From NCBI GenBank assembly GCA_051362555.1, contig CM120644.1:9990954-10054953 (forward strand): a DNA stretch of 64,000 nucleotides, given 5' to 3'. Below the pieces are notes generated by a model. That model had not been told where the DNA came from and ran no database searches. It was given only the letters and a program-made list of their open reading frames with translations. Of the stretch, positions 28,635 through 41,800 are shown one piece after another (the first letter of the stretch is position 1; each line of letters starts with the position of its first letter). This DNA is from Lingula anatina. Taxonomy: Eukaryota > Animalia > Brachiopoda. The translations under genes and the position numbers were made by a program.

Positions 28635-30759
28635 TTAATTTGTTGAATTTGACCATGTTTCTATCAAAGAAGCCTCTGCTGAAATGTACGAGCTATTCCG
28701 CACCTGGTTAATATCATAACAGTAACCCATTTCCTCTGCATCACTACACCGAAATGCGGACCCATCCACAATGCTTTTAAGAACCAAGACAAGTCCAACT
28801 ACAGAAAATGCAATCCCGGTGATGGCTACTATGGTTGGGAAAATATTTTTTATTTGAAGTATTTTGTCTCCGTTATCGTGGGAAATCTTCATATAACTCA
28901 AACATGGCAGGATGAAGCACATTGGTATTGCAGCTAGCGCACCCTAGTGAGAGAGGAAAAAACAAATTCATTCTCAATTTTATTCTTGTATTTTTACTAG
29001 ACTAGGAAATGACTTTAAGAAGAAAAACAGACAACTGAACCAGCTTGTACTAAAATTTGTGAACAATCTATCTTAGTTCAGTTTTTATTTCTTTATTCCT
29101 TTCATTCACCAAAACAGTAACTAAAAATGCATAAAGATATTCAGTGTTTCAACATGTATAGTATCCTAATATTTGGAAAACTACACATGCAAAGTATAGG
29201 ACTTACATTCAACTCCAAGACAATCCCTAGGCAGTTAGTTACCATGGAGATTCCTCCTGTTGCTAGGACAAGAGCTAATGTTACTAACATATGGCGTAGC
29301 AGGGTAGCAGGTTGCTTAGCACCAAACAGCAGATTTTCTATCACCTGCAAAAAGGAGAAAGATGCTATATATTATATGTGCAGCATTGGGACAAAATCTT
29401 GGTTTACACTATAATATTTCAAAGCATCACATATTTGTGACTGGACTTGTTGATAATGGTAATACAATAAATTGTGACTTCACTGTTGATAAGAGCTATT
29501 TCATGTAGAATTATCTACCTGCCACAAACAGGTTCCAATATCAGAAGTAATTTAAAAGAATATTCAGGAAAACATTCATAAAGAAACATTTGATTAGCTC
29601 TCACAAAGTTATGGTTACTTCACATAATGTTGGCCCCGGCTTTAAGGTATAATCTTATCTGGATCTTTTCATTTTGTGCATTTATGTTTGTTCTAAAAAT
29701 GTTTCATTACATTTTTCTTGTTCAATGACAACTTATTATATGACTGACAACATTTCTTTCACTTCCTTTAATTTGCCATTTCTCTGACAAGCAAAATCCA
29801 TTTCCATTGGCAGACAGTGTCACCTACCTCTCTTGTAACAAAGCATTCTATTGGATAAGTCAGCATAACACTAAAGGTAAATATCAGCCTTGTTACATTG
29901 GCATAGTCATCAGCGTAACAGTAGTTTTCCAATAAGTCCCCTGAAATGTCATAGATAACAAGGCAGCAAAGCTGTCAAATGTACAGACAAAAAACAGAAA
30001 ATAAAGATGCAAAAAAGGTCATTTTGTTAATTTTGATGCAATAATAAATAATGCTTATAATAGCACTATCAGTCAACACTGAATTTTATAATCATGCACA
30101 ACAGGTAAAATGGTCAATAACATGAGCGGACCCAGAGATATTCTCTGACAGTATTCCAAAGTATCTATTTTGATCCATCCTCCATTTTGATGGTCTTCCA
30201 ACAGAAGAAAAAATAGATACCAGGCAATATAAACTTAATAACCTGACTGTCTTCCGGAAGTCCCAGAAGATGGTCTCAATCTACCCTTTCAATAAGATTA
30301 CAGTTTCAGGACCATGAGAGTTCAAATTCACATGATGTAAGTCTCAATATTTGAAAAATGATGACAGTGCATAAAATAATATTACATAAGTAACATAATG
30401 TTTAAAGACATAAAAAACAATACAACTGCTTATGTGGAAATACAGAAATGTCAGAGTCTCAGGCGGATGAGAGTTAAAAGTCACAAATGCAAGTGTTTGA
30501 GAAAAAATTATAAAGGAAAACATAACAAAACTAGAAAAGCACTCCGAGAGTGCAGACCTCTGCCAAGGTAGCAATTGTTGATTATTATTGATTTTTGTCC
30601 TCTTTGGCCCACTTCTGACAGTTCCTGAAAATTTCAGCAAAATCGGTCCATAACTTTTTGAGTTATGTTGATGACAAACAGGGGTGAAAATATAACCTCC
30701 TTGGCAGAGGTAAATATAATTCCAATGAAGCTGCTATTCAAACTTTTAATCTTTCAGTT

Positions 30760-30826
<67 letters not shown>

Positions 30827-33800
30827 TTATTTGCAATATTAAACAAAATTTACCTGCATAATTATCACTGCTTCCTTATTATTAATCTAGCAGAGAGCTT
30901 AACCTAGGGGAGTTTACAGGGAAATATCAACAAGTGTGCTTTATGTAGCCTATCAATTAGGCAAATTACTTTATAACTGAAATTAGCGAAGTGATACCCA
31001 AGGGAAATTTATAGACTGACCCTCTCAAAGGTCTTTCAGGCCCATAAGTCACAACTTAAGAAGAGCACAAAACAATAATGCACAAAATAGGAGACTACCA
31101 CTTCTGATGCAATAATACATTATGTTTAACTGCACAGTCAACATCAAATTTTAATTTTGCACAACAGGTAACACCGACGAAAGTAAAAGCATAAGGCTTC
31201 AGGCCCATCAGAGTTCAAATTTATACTTAGAAAGTGCCAGAATGAGAAAAATGAAATTTCACACAAAATTGCATTAAATTCAATAATAAATGATAACCCA
31301 ATTGACCTGGCTTTCTAATTTGAACTGCATGCCAATCCTAAAAATCATACCCTTAAGTTAAATATAATAATAAATAACACAGTTTTCTTTTCATAATGTT
31401 TGCAGTAGCAGTGCAAAAAGATTATTGTCAATTTTGATGTAACATTACATAATAAATTATAGAATAATTATCACCAATTTTTGATTATTGACTATAAATA
31501 GCATGAACATGTAGAAAATTTGATTACCATCCGGCTTCATGTCCATGGGAGCTCCGAGTCCCACAATGAATATGCCAAAAAGATAATGAATATTTCACTA
31601 AAATGTATAACTTCCAGAAAAAGAAGCCCATTAGACTGCTTTTCCAACTTGGCTGCATTTTAGTCCTGTGTTTCTTTTTTGAAAGTTTGACAATCATAAG
31701 TAACACGGTTTTCCCATCATGGTCATCATGGCAGATGTGGATGATTGAATCTGACAAACTGCAATGATATGAGTTTATTTCCGTTTTGGACACTTGATTA
31801 CACAATACATGATAACAAGTTTACCATCATTTTTACATAATCAACTAACAATGTTGTAAAGATGCAGGAAATATCAAACAAACACTTTTACGTATCTTAT
31901 TAGTTCAATAATGAGACTGTTAACATGCCTAAGAATTGAATCTGAGGAAATTTGAAAAAACAGTACAACTTCTAAAACAAGGCAGCAAAGCTGTCAAATG
32001 TACAGACAAAAAGCAGGAAATAACTATGCACAAAATAGGCTACTGCCAATTCTGATGCAAAAGTACATAATGTTAAACTGCAAATTCAACATCAAATTTT
32101 AACAAGACAGCACTGTTCTGAAATGGGTTTATTTCCATTTTTAACACTTTTTTTTTTAACATAAAAGAAAATAAACAGTTTACTGCCATTTTTATATGAT
32201 CAACTAAGAAAATTGATGAGATGTGAAAAATATCAATAGAATAGTGTTAAATGTCCAATTTCCTCCATTCTGAGATTCTGAACATAATGAATGATTGAAT
32301 CTGACAAACTGCAATGATATGAGTTTATTTCCATTTTTGACACTTTATTACACAATACACGATAACAAGTTTACCATCATTTTTACATAATCAACTAACA
32401 ATGTTGTAAAGATGCAGGAAATGTCAAACAAACACTTTAATGTATCTTATTTGTAAAATAATAAGACTGTTAACATGCCTAAGAATTGAATCTGAGGAAA
32501 TGTGAAAAAACAGCATAACTTCTAAAATAATGGCCCAATTATGCTGATTTTCGAACTCGACCTGCGTTTTAGTAAGATTGACCACTCCTGTGAGTTTAAT
32601 GACAATTGGCCTATCGGTTTTTCTTATATTGTGTTTACAGTGTTGCACATATGCTGAAAAAAAGGAAAAAACAGCATAACTACTAAAATAGTGGCCCGAT
32701 CATGCCGATTTTCAAACTTGACCTGCATTTTAGTAAGATTGATTACTCTTGTGAGTTTCATGACAACAGGCCTAATGGTTTTCCTTAAAATGTGTTTACA
32801 GGGTTGCATATATGCTGAAAAGTGATAAAACAGCATAACTTCTACAATAATGGCCCGATCATGCTGATTTTTGAACTTGACCTGCGTTTTATGAATATTC
32901 ATCAGCTCTGTAAATATAAAACCAAAAAATAAAACTGTGTTCCACTTATCGTGTTTACAGTGAAAGTGCACGGCGACGGCATCGCCATCGCCATCGGCAT
33001 CGGCATCGGCATCGGCGACGACGGCGACGACAGACGCAGGTGATGGCAATATGTACAGACACATCTGTGTCTGTACATAATAATGGCCCGATAACGCTGA
33101 TTTTCGAACTCAACCTGCATTTTTGTAAGATTGACCACTCCTGTGAGTATAATGACAATTGGCTAAGCTGTTTTTCTTATATTGTGTTATTAATGTTGCA
33201 TATATGTTGAAAAAAGTGAAAAAACAGCATAAAAAAATTAAAAGAAAATGTAAAATAAAACATAACAAAAAATACCAATAAAGCTGCTATTCAAACTTTT
33301 AATCTAGCTGTACAATTACTAACATGATATGAATAACCCTATTGAGTTTGAGAATAATAAGGCACTGTTATTCATCTTTAGCATTAATGTAAGCGTTACA
33401 CAAAATTTTTTTTGTAAACTTATTTTCCACATAACATTTACCTGCATAATAATCATCGATTCCTAATTATGTGACACAGTTAAGAAAGCTAAACCGATGG
33501 GACTTTACAATGAAATCTCAATGTGTGTTTATGTAATCTCATATAATACCCACTTGAAAATTAATTAAGCAAATTATTTTATAACCCTGAAATAACTTGA
33601 AAATCAATTAAGCAAATTATTTTATAACCTGAATTAACTGCCTACTATCCATATACATTTATTGCACCAAATAGCACTGTACTGCATTGCTTTCAAAACA
33701 GAAAACAATTACGATGGTTTTCCAACACAAGCTGCACTTCAGTCTTTTCAGTAAGGTTGATTATCGTAAGTAACATGGTTTTCCCTTAATCGCTATCCTG

Positions 33801-36800
33801 GCAGCAGTGTCCAAAATAGGGTTTTCTTTAACTTTCATGCAATATAACATAATACTTAACAGCATAATGACCATCAAATTTTTTATAAAAAAATAAAAGT
33901 ATCATGGATATTCAGAAAATGTGATATGGAAAGGTCTCCAAGGACATGGAAGTTAGGGTCACACTTTCAAAATGCCAAAATGTTAACAAGAGATAACTGT
34001 ACTGAAATGATTTTCTTTCCATTTTCAACACCTTTTTTACATAAAACCATCATCAATTAACTGTCATTTTTAAATGATCAACTAGGAAAATTGTTGACAT
34101 AGGAAAAATATCAATAGAACAATTTAAAATGTCCAATTAGCTCCATTTGGAGATTCTGAACATAGTAAATGATTGAATCTGATGAACTGCAATGATGAGT
34201 TCCTTTCCATTTTTGATACTTTATTACACAATGCAGGATAATAGGTTTACCGTCATTTTTATATAATCAACTAACAATATTGTTAAGAAGCAGAAAATGT
34301 TAAAACAACACTTTAACATATCCAATTAGTACCGTTATGAGACTGTTAACATGCTTAAGAATTAAATCTGAAGAAAAACCACTTATATACAAAAAGGCTA
34401 ATAACTTCATCAAAACTTAACTGATCAAGCTTATTTTCAAACTTGATCTGTATACTGGTCAGATTGATCACTCCTGTGAGTTGCAAGACAAAAGGCTGAT
34501 TGGTTTTCCTTAAAATGCGTTATCAGTGTTGCATGTATGCTGAATAAAGGGAAAAAAACAGCATTACTTTTGTAAAAATAGTCCAATCATGCCAATTTTC
34601 AAACTTGACCTGCGTATTATAAATATTCACCAGTTCTGTAAATTTCAATCCAAGGAAAGGAAAAACATTTTTACACTTATCATGTTATCGGTGTTATAAA
34701 AGTGCTGAAAAAATTGAAAAAAAAAAAAAAAAAAAACAGGATAACTTCCATAAAAATTGCCCGATCTTGCTAATTTTCAAACTTGACCTGCGTATTATGA
34801 ATATTCATTAGTTCTGTAAGTTTCAAGCCAAATGAAAAAACAGTTTTCCACTTATTGTGTTATCAGTGCTGCATATATGCTGAAAAAAGTGAAAAAACAG
34901 CATAAATTCCCTAACAATAATCGAATCATGCTGATTTTCGAACTTGACTTGCGTATTATGAATATTTATCAGTTCTGCAAGTTTCAAGCCAAAAGGTAAA
35001 TTGGTTTTCCACTTATGGTGTTATCGGTGCTGCATATATGCTGAAAAAAAGTGAAAAAACAGCATAAATTCCCTAAAAATGACCCAATCATGCTGATTTT
35101 CGAACTTGACCTGTGTATTATGAATATTCATCAGTTTTGTAAGTTTCAAGTCAAAAGGTAAAATGGTTTTCCACTTATCGTGTTATCGGTGCTGCATATA
35201 TGCTGAAAAAGTGAAAAAACAGCATAAATTCCCTAAAAATGGCCCAATCATGCCGATTTTCGAACTTGACCTGCATATTATGAATATTCATCAGTTCTGT
35301 AAGTTTCAAGTCAAAAGGTACAATGGTTTTCCACTAATCGTGTTATCGGTGCTGCATATATGTTGAAAAAAGTGAAAAAACAGCATAAATTCCCTAAGAG
35401 TGACCCGATCATGCTGATTTTCGAACTTGACCTGCGTATTATGAATATTCATCAGTTCTGCAAGTTTCAAATCAAAAGGCAAAATGGTTTTCCACTTATC
35501 GTGTTATCGGTAAAAGTGCACGGCGACGGCGACGGCGACGACAGCGACGACGGCGACAGCGACGACGGCGACGACAGACGCAGATGATGGCTATATGTAC
35601 AGACACATCTGTGTCTGTACATAATAAAAAGAACACTGAAATGAAAGAGCATTTGAATAAATGAACATCACTGGAGAACTGGATGAATAAACGATGGAAA
35701 GAAGGAAATATGTCTATTGATATGAAACATTTTGTTCTCCAGAAACTTATCTTTAATAACACAACAATCTAAATATGAAACTACGCTTAATTCTACATTT
35801 CATCAAGATATCTAAACAATTTAATTAAAAAAGGAAGTCAAAAAAAGGTCTTAGCTCAAACTCAGACTGTTTAGAATTTTAACCAGTAAAACTGAATTTC
35901 ACAATGTGTGAATGTGATATACCAAACAGGCCCTAGTACACCTACCTTGGGTATATCCCATGAATGTGATGTACCCAAACAGGCCCTAGTACACCTACCT
36001 TGGGTATATCCCATGAATGTGATGTACCCAAACAGGCCCTAGTACACCTACCTTGGGTATATCCCATGAATGTGATGTACCCAAACAGGCCCTAGTACAC
36101 CTACCTTGGGTATATCCCGTGAAAATGATGTACCAAAACAGGCCCTAGTACACCTACCTTGGGTATATCCCATGAAAGTGATGTACCAAAACACGCCCTA
36201 GTACACCTACCTTGGGTATATCCCATGAATGTGATGTACCCAAACAGGCCCTAAGTACACCTACCTTGGGTATATCCCGTAAATGTGATGTACCCAAACA
36301 GGCCAAACACCAGAGAGGCCACCATGGAGGAACCAACACTGATGTGAACCACTTTGTTCCAACACTGCTGAGTTGGTTCTTTCAAGGAACGGAAGATGAG
36401 GAATGAGTTGTGGTGGCACAGGTAAGCTGAAAATTAAAATGTGAAAAGATGTTAAATTTATTTGTAAAGCTCCTCTTTATGTAGAAGATTTGAACCACTG
36501 GTGATAACTGTTAACATGGGCACAAAAGCTACCTTTCAAGAAAATATTCACCATTAATATGGAATTAAGAATCAGGTGCAATACCCCCTTAAAAACAGAG
36601 GATTGACAGTAATCAGCAACCATAGCAAAAGCAACTAGCACAATCAACCCAATGCCATGGTACATGTAGAACATTTAGCACAATCAACACAATGTCATAT
36701 TCAACTTACCAGTAGTAATTATACCCATTGCCTGCACAATTCCATCTTCAGCAAATATCCAGGCATCATCAGTTTTGGGTACTTCCCTTGCCATGGTCAC

Positions 36801-38472
36801 AGCACGTACCATTATAAACACAGTCACAAAGCTGATAGAAAGGATAGCACAGGCAGAAAACTGAAAGAAAAAAATAAACTCATTTCTGAACTAAGTGTTG
36901 AAACTGAAGAAAGAGCAAGACAGCAGAGGGTAGCATTTTTAGAATTAACAAAATGACATCAAGTTCATTTTCTTGTTGATAAAAGTTTTTTTTTAATATG
37001 AAAACATGGCAAAATCCAAAGCATATTCATGCAGCTGCTAAACTGTTGGACAAACAAGCAGCATGGTATATATCCGATATATGGCCAAAATAAAAACTCT
37101 CTTGACTAAATCTACCTATAAATCTTATCAACATTCTTCCTTGGCTACCTTACTGTGCCTGACAGGTTATACACATTTATATAACAACATCTGAATATAA
37201 ACCTTAAGTTAACTATAATAGTAACTACAGCTGCATGTATGTTCCTGTGGCACAACACTAGCCATGGCATAAAGTAAATAACACAAACAGACAGACACTC
37301 ACAAATAAAACAAAACAAAAATAAATAAATAAATAAAAATAATTAAATAAATAAATAAATTCCTTACCATCTTACTTTTCAATTTTGCTAAGTGCTTTTT
37401 TTTTTCATTACTTAAAACAATTGTATATATTCTGATAAAACCCCTACCTTGCTGAGTTTAGCTATGTTCCTGTAGCAAGACAAAGGCATAGAGATAAATA
37501 TTGTAAACAAGAAGAGAATAAATTGTCTGTTGCCCAGGACGGAATTCTTTACAGATTCTGAAAAAAGAATCATTTTATATTATTACTAAAACATACAGTA
37601 TATATCAATGAAGATTTGAAATGAATAGGTTTCTGACAAAAAAAAATTAAAACAATACAAATTAGTTCATTTATCATTTATCAAATCCTTAACACTTTAG
37701 AATGAATTATTTGAAATTCTGTACAAAAAGTATGTTGTTTCATTACGTGTATCTATCAGTTGATATCATTCATTGCTTTCTATCCTTGACTCCTAATAGT
37801 AATTTAAATTTCACTTTCTGCAACTTTTTTTTAAAAAAGGTTGCGCAACATCAGAAAATTTTATCATACTTCAAACAAAAGTGAATTAATTTTATAACTG
37901 ATTCTGCAAAAAAAATAGAAATAAATTTATTAATTTTGAAAACAAAAAGGGGAGGTTCACTCACCAGAAGCAGTCCTGTATACAATCTTTTCAATGGTGT
38001 CCCCCGCTATGATATTGTAGCTGGTCATGGCTGTAAGAAGCAATCCAAAAATAATTCAATCTAAGAATATATCACCTCTTACATGGTCAATAAGTACCTA
38101 TGTATCCATGGTTATTTGTGCTGAATACGCTCTGTAACACCCAACGCATTTAACCCAATGTCACAACTAACACAATCACTTAAAAAAGAATTTGCAAAAA
38201 TACAAAAATTTTAAAACATCGTAGACAAAGAAACTGGGTCACTTTAACACCTAACACACTGAACCTAATGTCACAACTAACACACTCACCTAAGAAAGGA
38301 TTTGCAAACTGAAGCAGAGAGATAAGATAGAAGCCAGGACGACCAAATGCCACCTGCATCACATCCTGGTATGTTGATGTCTTGGACTGCAGGCCAGCTG
38401 CTATAAGAAGTTGTAAGGAATAATCTGAAATATAAAAATATTACAAATATAAATCAAAAAGTGTGTGTGTGT

Positions 38473-38513
<41 letters not shown>

Positions 38514-38767
38514 TGTGTGTGAGGCATGTAAAACAGTGACAATGAACAAGGTGCAAAATCAAGATATACATGTAAAACATATGATCTAGTATGTTCCAAA
38601 ATTTTAGTTCAGAAATAAAGATACACATAAAAAGATATTTAACAGTAACAAAGAATAACCCAAAAACATGAAGGTACATTCATTTGGGCTTATAAACATA
38701 CTGAATGGTATTGGATTTGGCCTCACAAACTTTTTTTGCAACAGTTAGTACCAGTATACATGTCAAT

Positions 38768-38843
<76 letters not shown>

Positions 38844-41800
38844 TAAAAGCTATAGAAATTTATTTATATGAAATGCAGTATGGCACGATTCAATTTAGCT
38901 GGATAAATCTTACCAGTAAGGACTCCAACTACTATGATGAGTAGAACAGCCATTCCTATACCACCTTCTTTTAATGCAAATGGCATGCCTGAAAAAAATA
39001 GCATAAGTGTGGTTTAATAATTTAAATTATAAGCTTTCAACAAATGTGTGAGTTTTGCAAACTAAGTAATATTTTTTTTTTTAATTGGGCAACTGATGGA
39101 ACACACAAACATTGATAAAAATACACACCTTTTTCTACAAGCCTTATCTAAAATATTTGTCTATCTAAAGGGGAGATAAAAAGCACTGTTAACAGGCAAT
39201 TTTAGTCATATTTTATCCATCTACCTTTACAAAATTGACATTTTACCACCACAAGTCAGATAATTTTTTTTCAATTTCAGGGCATACTGACACAGGGCAT
39301 AAATCTAGACAAGTCAGCAAAGCTGTCAAATGTACAGACAAAAAGCAGGAAATAACTAAATAGGCTGCTGTCAATTCTGATGCAAAAGTACATTATGTTA
39401 AACTGCAAATTCAACATCAAATTTTAATTATCCTCAACAGGTAATACCAATGTAAGTAAAATGTGTAACAAGTTCACACTTTGAAAATGTATAAAATCCA
39501 GAAAAAGAAGCCAATTAGACTGCTTTTCCAACTCAGGCTGCATTTTAGTCCTGTATTTCTTTTTTTGAAAGTTTGGCAATCATAAGTAACATGGTTTTCC
39601 CATAATGGTCATCATGACAGCAGCACCCAAAAGTTGTGTTTTCTTCTATTCTGATGCAATATTACAAAATGGTTAAACAGCATAATGACAATCAATTTTT
39701 ATTAATAAAATATACGTATCATGGATTTTCAGAAAATGTGACTAGCATGGGTCTTCAGGCCTGTGGAACTTCAAAGTCACAAATGCCAATATGTGAAAAA
39801 TTAAATTTTCACAAAAAAAAAAAAAAAAAAAACTGTTTAACTGGCAGAAAAAATTACCAAACAGACTGCATTGCCTACTGAAGCTGTATTTTAGTCCCAT
39901 GTTTCTTTCCTGTAAGTTTGAGAACAGTAAGTGACATGGTTTTTCTTAAATGGTCATCATGGGAGCAGTGCCCAAAATAGTTTTTTTTCAAATTTTGATG
40001 CAATATTACATAATGTTTAACAGTATAATGACCATCAATTTTTAATAATAAAATATTAGTATCATGGATATTCAGAAAATGTGACTAGCATAGGTCTTCA
40101 GGCCCATGGAACTTCAAAGTCAAAACTTGAAAATGCCAAAATGTAAACAAGACAGCACTGTTCTGAAATGTTTTTCCCCCATTTTTAACAATTTTTAACA
40201 TAAAACAAAATTAACAGTTTACTGCCATTTTTATATGATAAACTAAGAAAATTGATGAGATGGGAAAAATATCAATAGAGCAGTGTTAAATGTCCCATTT
40301 CCTCCATTCCAAGATTCTGAACATAGTGAATGATTGAATCTGACAAACTGCAATGATATGAGTTTATTTCCATTTTTGAAACTTTATTACACAATACACA
40401 ATAACAAGTTTACCATCATTTTTACATAATCAACTAACAATGTTGTAAAGATGCAGGAAATGTCAAACAAACACTTTCACGTATCTTATTAGTTAAATAA
40501 TGAGACTGTTAACATGCCTAAGAATTGAATCTGAGGAAATGTGAAAAAACAACATAACTTTTAAAATAATGGCCCAATTATGCTGATTTTTTAACTTAAC
40601 CTGCGTTTTAGCAAGATTGACCATTCCTGTGAGTTTAATGTCAATTGGCCTATCTGTTTTTCTTATATTGTGTTTACAGTGTTGCATATATGCTGAAAAG
40701 TGAAAAAAAAGCATAACTACTGAAATAGTGGCCCGGTCATGCTGATTTTCGAACTTGACCTGCGTTTTAGTAAGAATGATTACTCCTGTGAGTTTTATGA
40801 CGACAGGCCTATCGGTTTTCCTTGAAATGTGTTTACAGTGTTGCATATATGCTGAAAAGTGAAAAAACAGCATAACTACTACAATAATGGCCCGATCATG
40901 CTGATTTTCGAACTTGACCTGCGTTTTATGAATATTCATCAGCTCTATAAATATAAAGCCAAAAAGTAAAACTGCCTTCCACTTATCGTGTTTACAAGGA
41001 AAGTGCACTGCGCCGACGGCGACGGCGACGACGGCGACGACAGACGCAGGTGACAGCAATATGTACAGACACATCTGTGTCTGTACATAAAAAAACTTAC
41101 CCACTATTCCTGATCCAATGATAGAGTTTATTACATTAAGAACTGCAGCAGGCACACTGCTAAGTTTCTCAACAGGTTTAACTTCTTCATTGGATTCTGA
41201 TAGCAAAGTGGGCTCCTCTTGGCTTGGTCCACTCTCCAGGGGACTCTGTCCTCCACTCACTAGAGGGCGCTGATCATCATCACTGGAAGCAACAGAGTGT
41301 GCAGGGGAACTCTGTAAAATACATGAAAGCTTTTAGGTCAATTTTTTTTCACTCAAAGGGAAATATTGCTAAGACAAAAACAACTTAAAGGGGCAACTTC
41401 GAGCTATCACATTCAGTTCCACTACCTAACCCTCATTTAGTGCAAAAATAATCTGAAAAATCTACATATCAAAGGTACACTCTGTATAGTTTGTACAGAA
41501 TATATGAACACTTTATCCCACAGCCGGCACTTGGAACAAAAGGATAATGGTACTTGTATTTTACTTTCATGCTTGCCCTAATTTTCATACTCTTTGGTGC
41601 ATTGTTCGAAGCACCAGCCGTGGATCAATTCCGTCAAACTAAATGAACTTGTCATCCACTGTGTGTGGCAAATTAAATCTTGGCTGCTGCTCAATACAAT
41701 TATGTCTTGTATGTCCCATACAGTGGGCAACTCCTGTTGTAACCAGTTACACATATATACTTATGCATCTGCAACCTCCAAGAGTGGATTCCAACAGATT

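Larger units (their letters stand above)
29957..35627. mobile_element. Large non-autonomous Helentron/DINE-like element (outer copy) filling most of an SLC38A11 intron
   Basis: Starts aacaaggcagcaaagctgtcaaatgtacagaca. Ends with a (GAC/GGC) microsatellite and the hairpin atgtacagacac-atct-gtgtctgtacat followed by an A-run. Sub-terminal inverted motif tgtacagaca/tgtctgtaca; internal ~121 bp repeats with the core ttttcgaacttgacctgcg. Confidence 0.7.

Noticed and set aside
32424-35762. Repetitive ORFs (KTQVKFENQHDRA..., poly-Arg/Asp peptides)
   Set aside because: These are translations of 120-121 bp tandem repeats and GAC/GGC microsatellites in non-autonomous elements; no transposase or Rep/helicase motifs.
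40493-41260. 255 aa ORF as a stand-alone gene
   Set aside because: Only 41260-41101 is real SLC38A11 exon; the rest is read-through into a repeat element past a canonical GTAAG donor.
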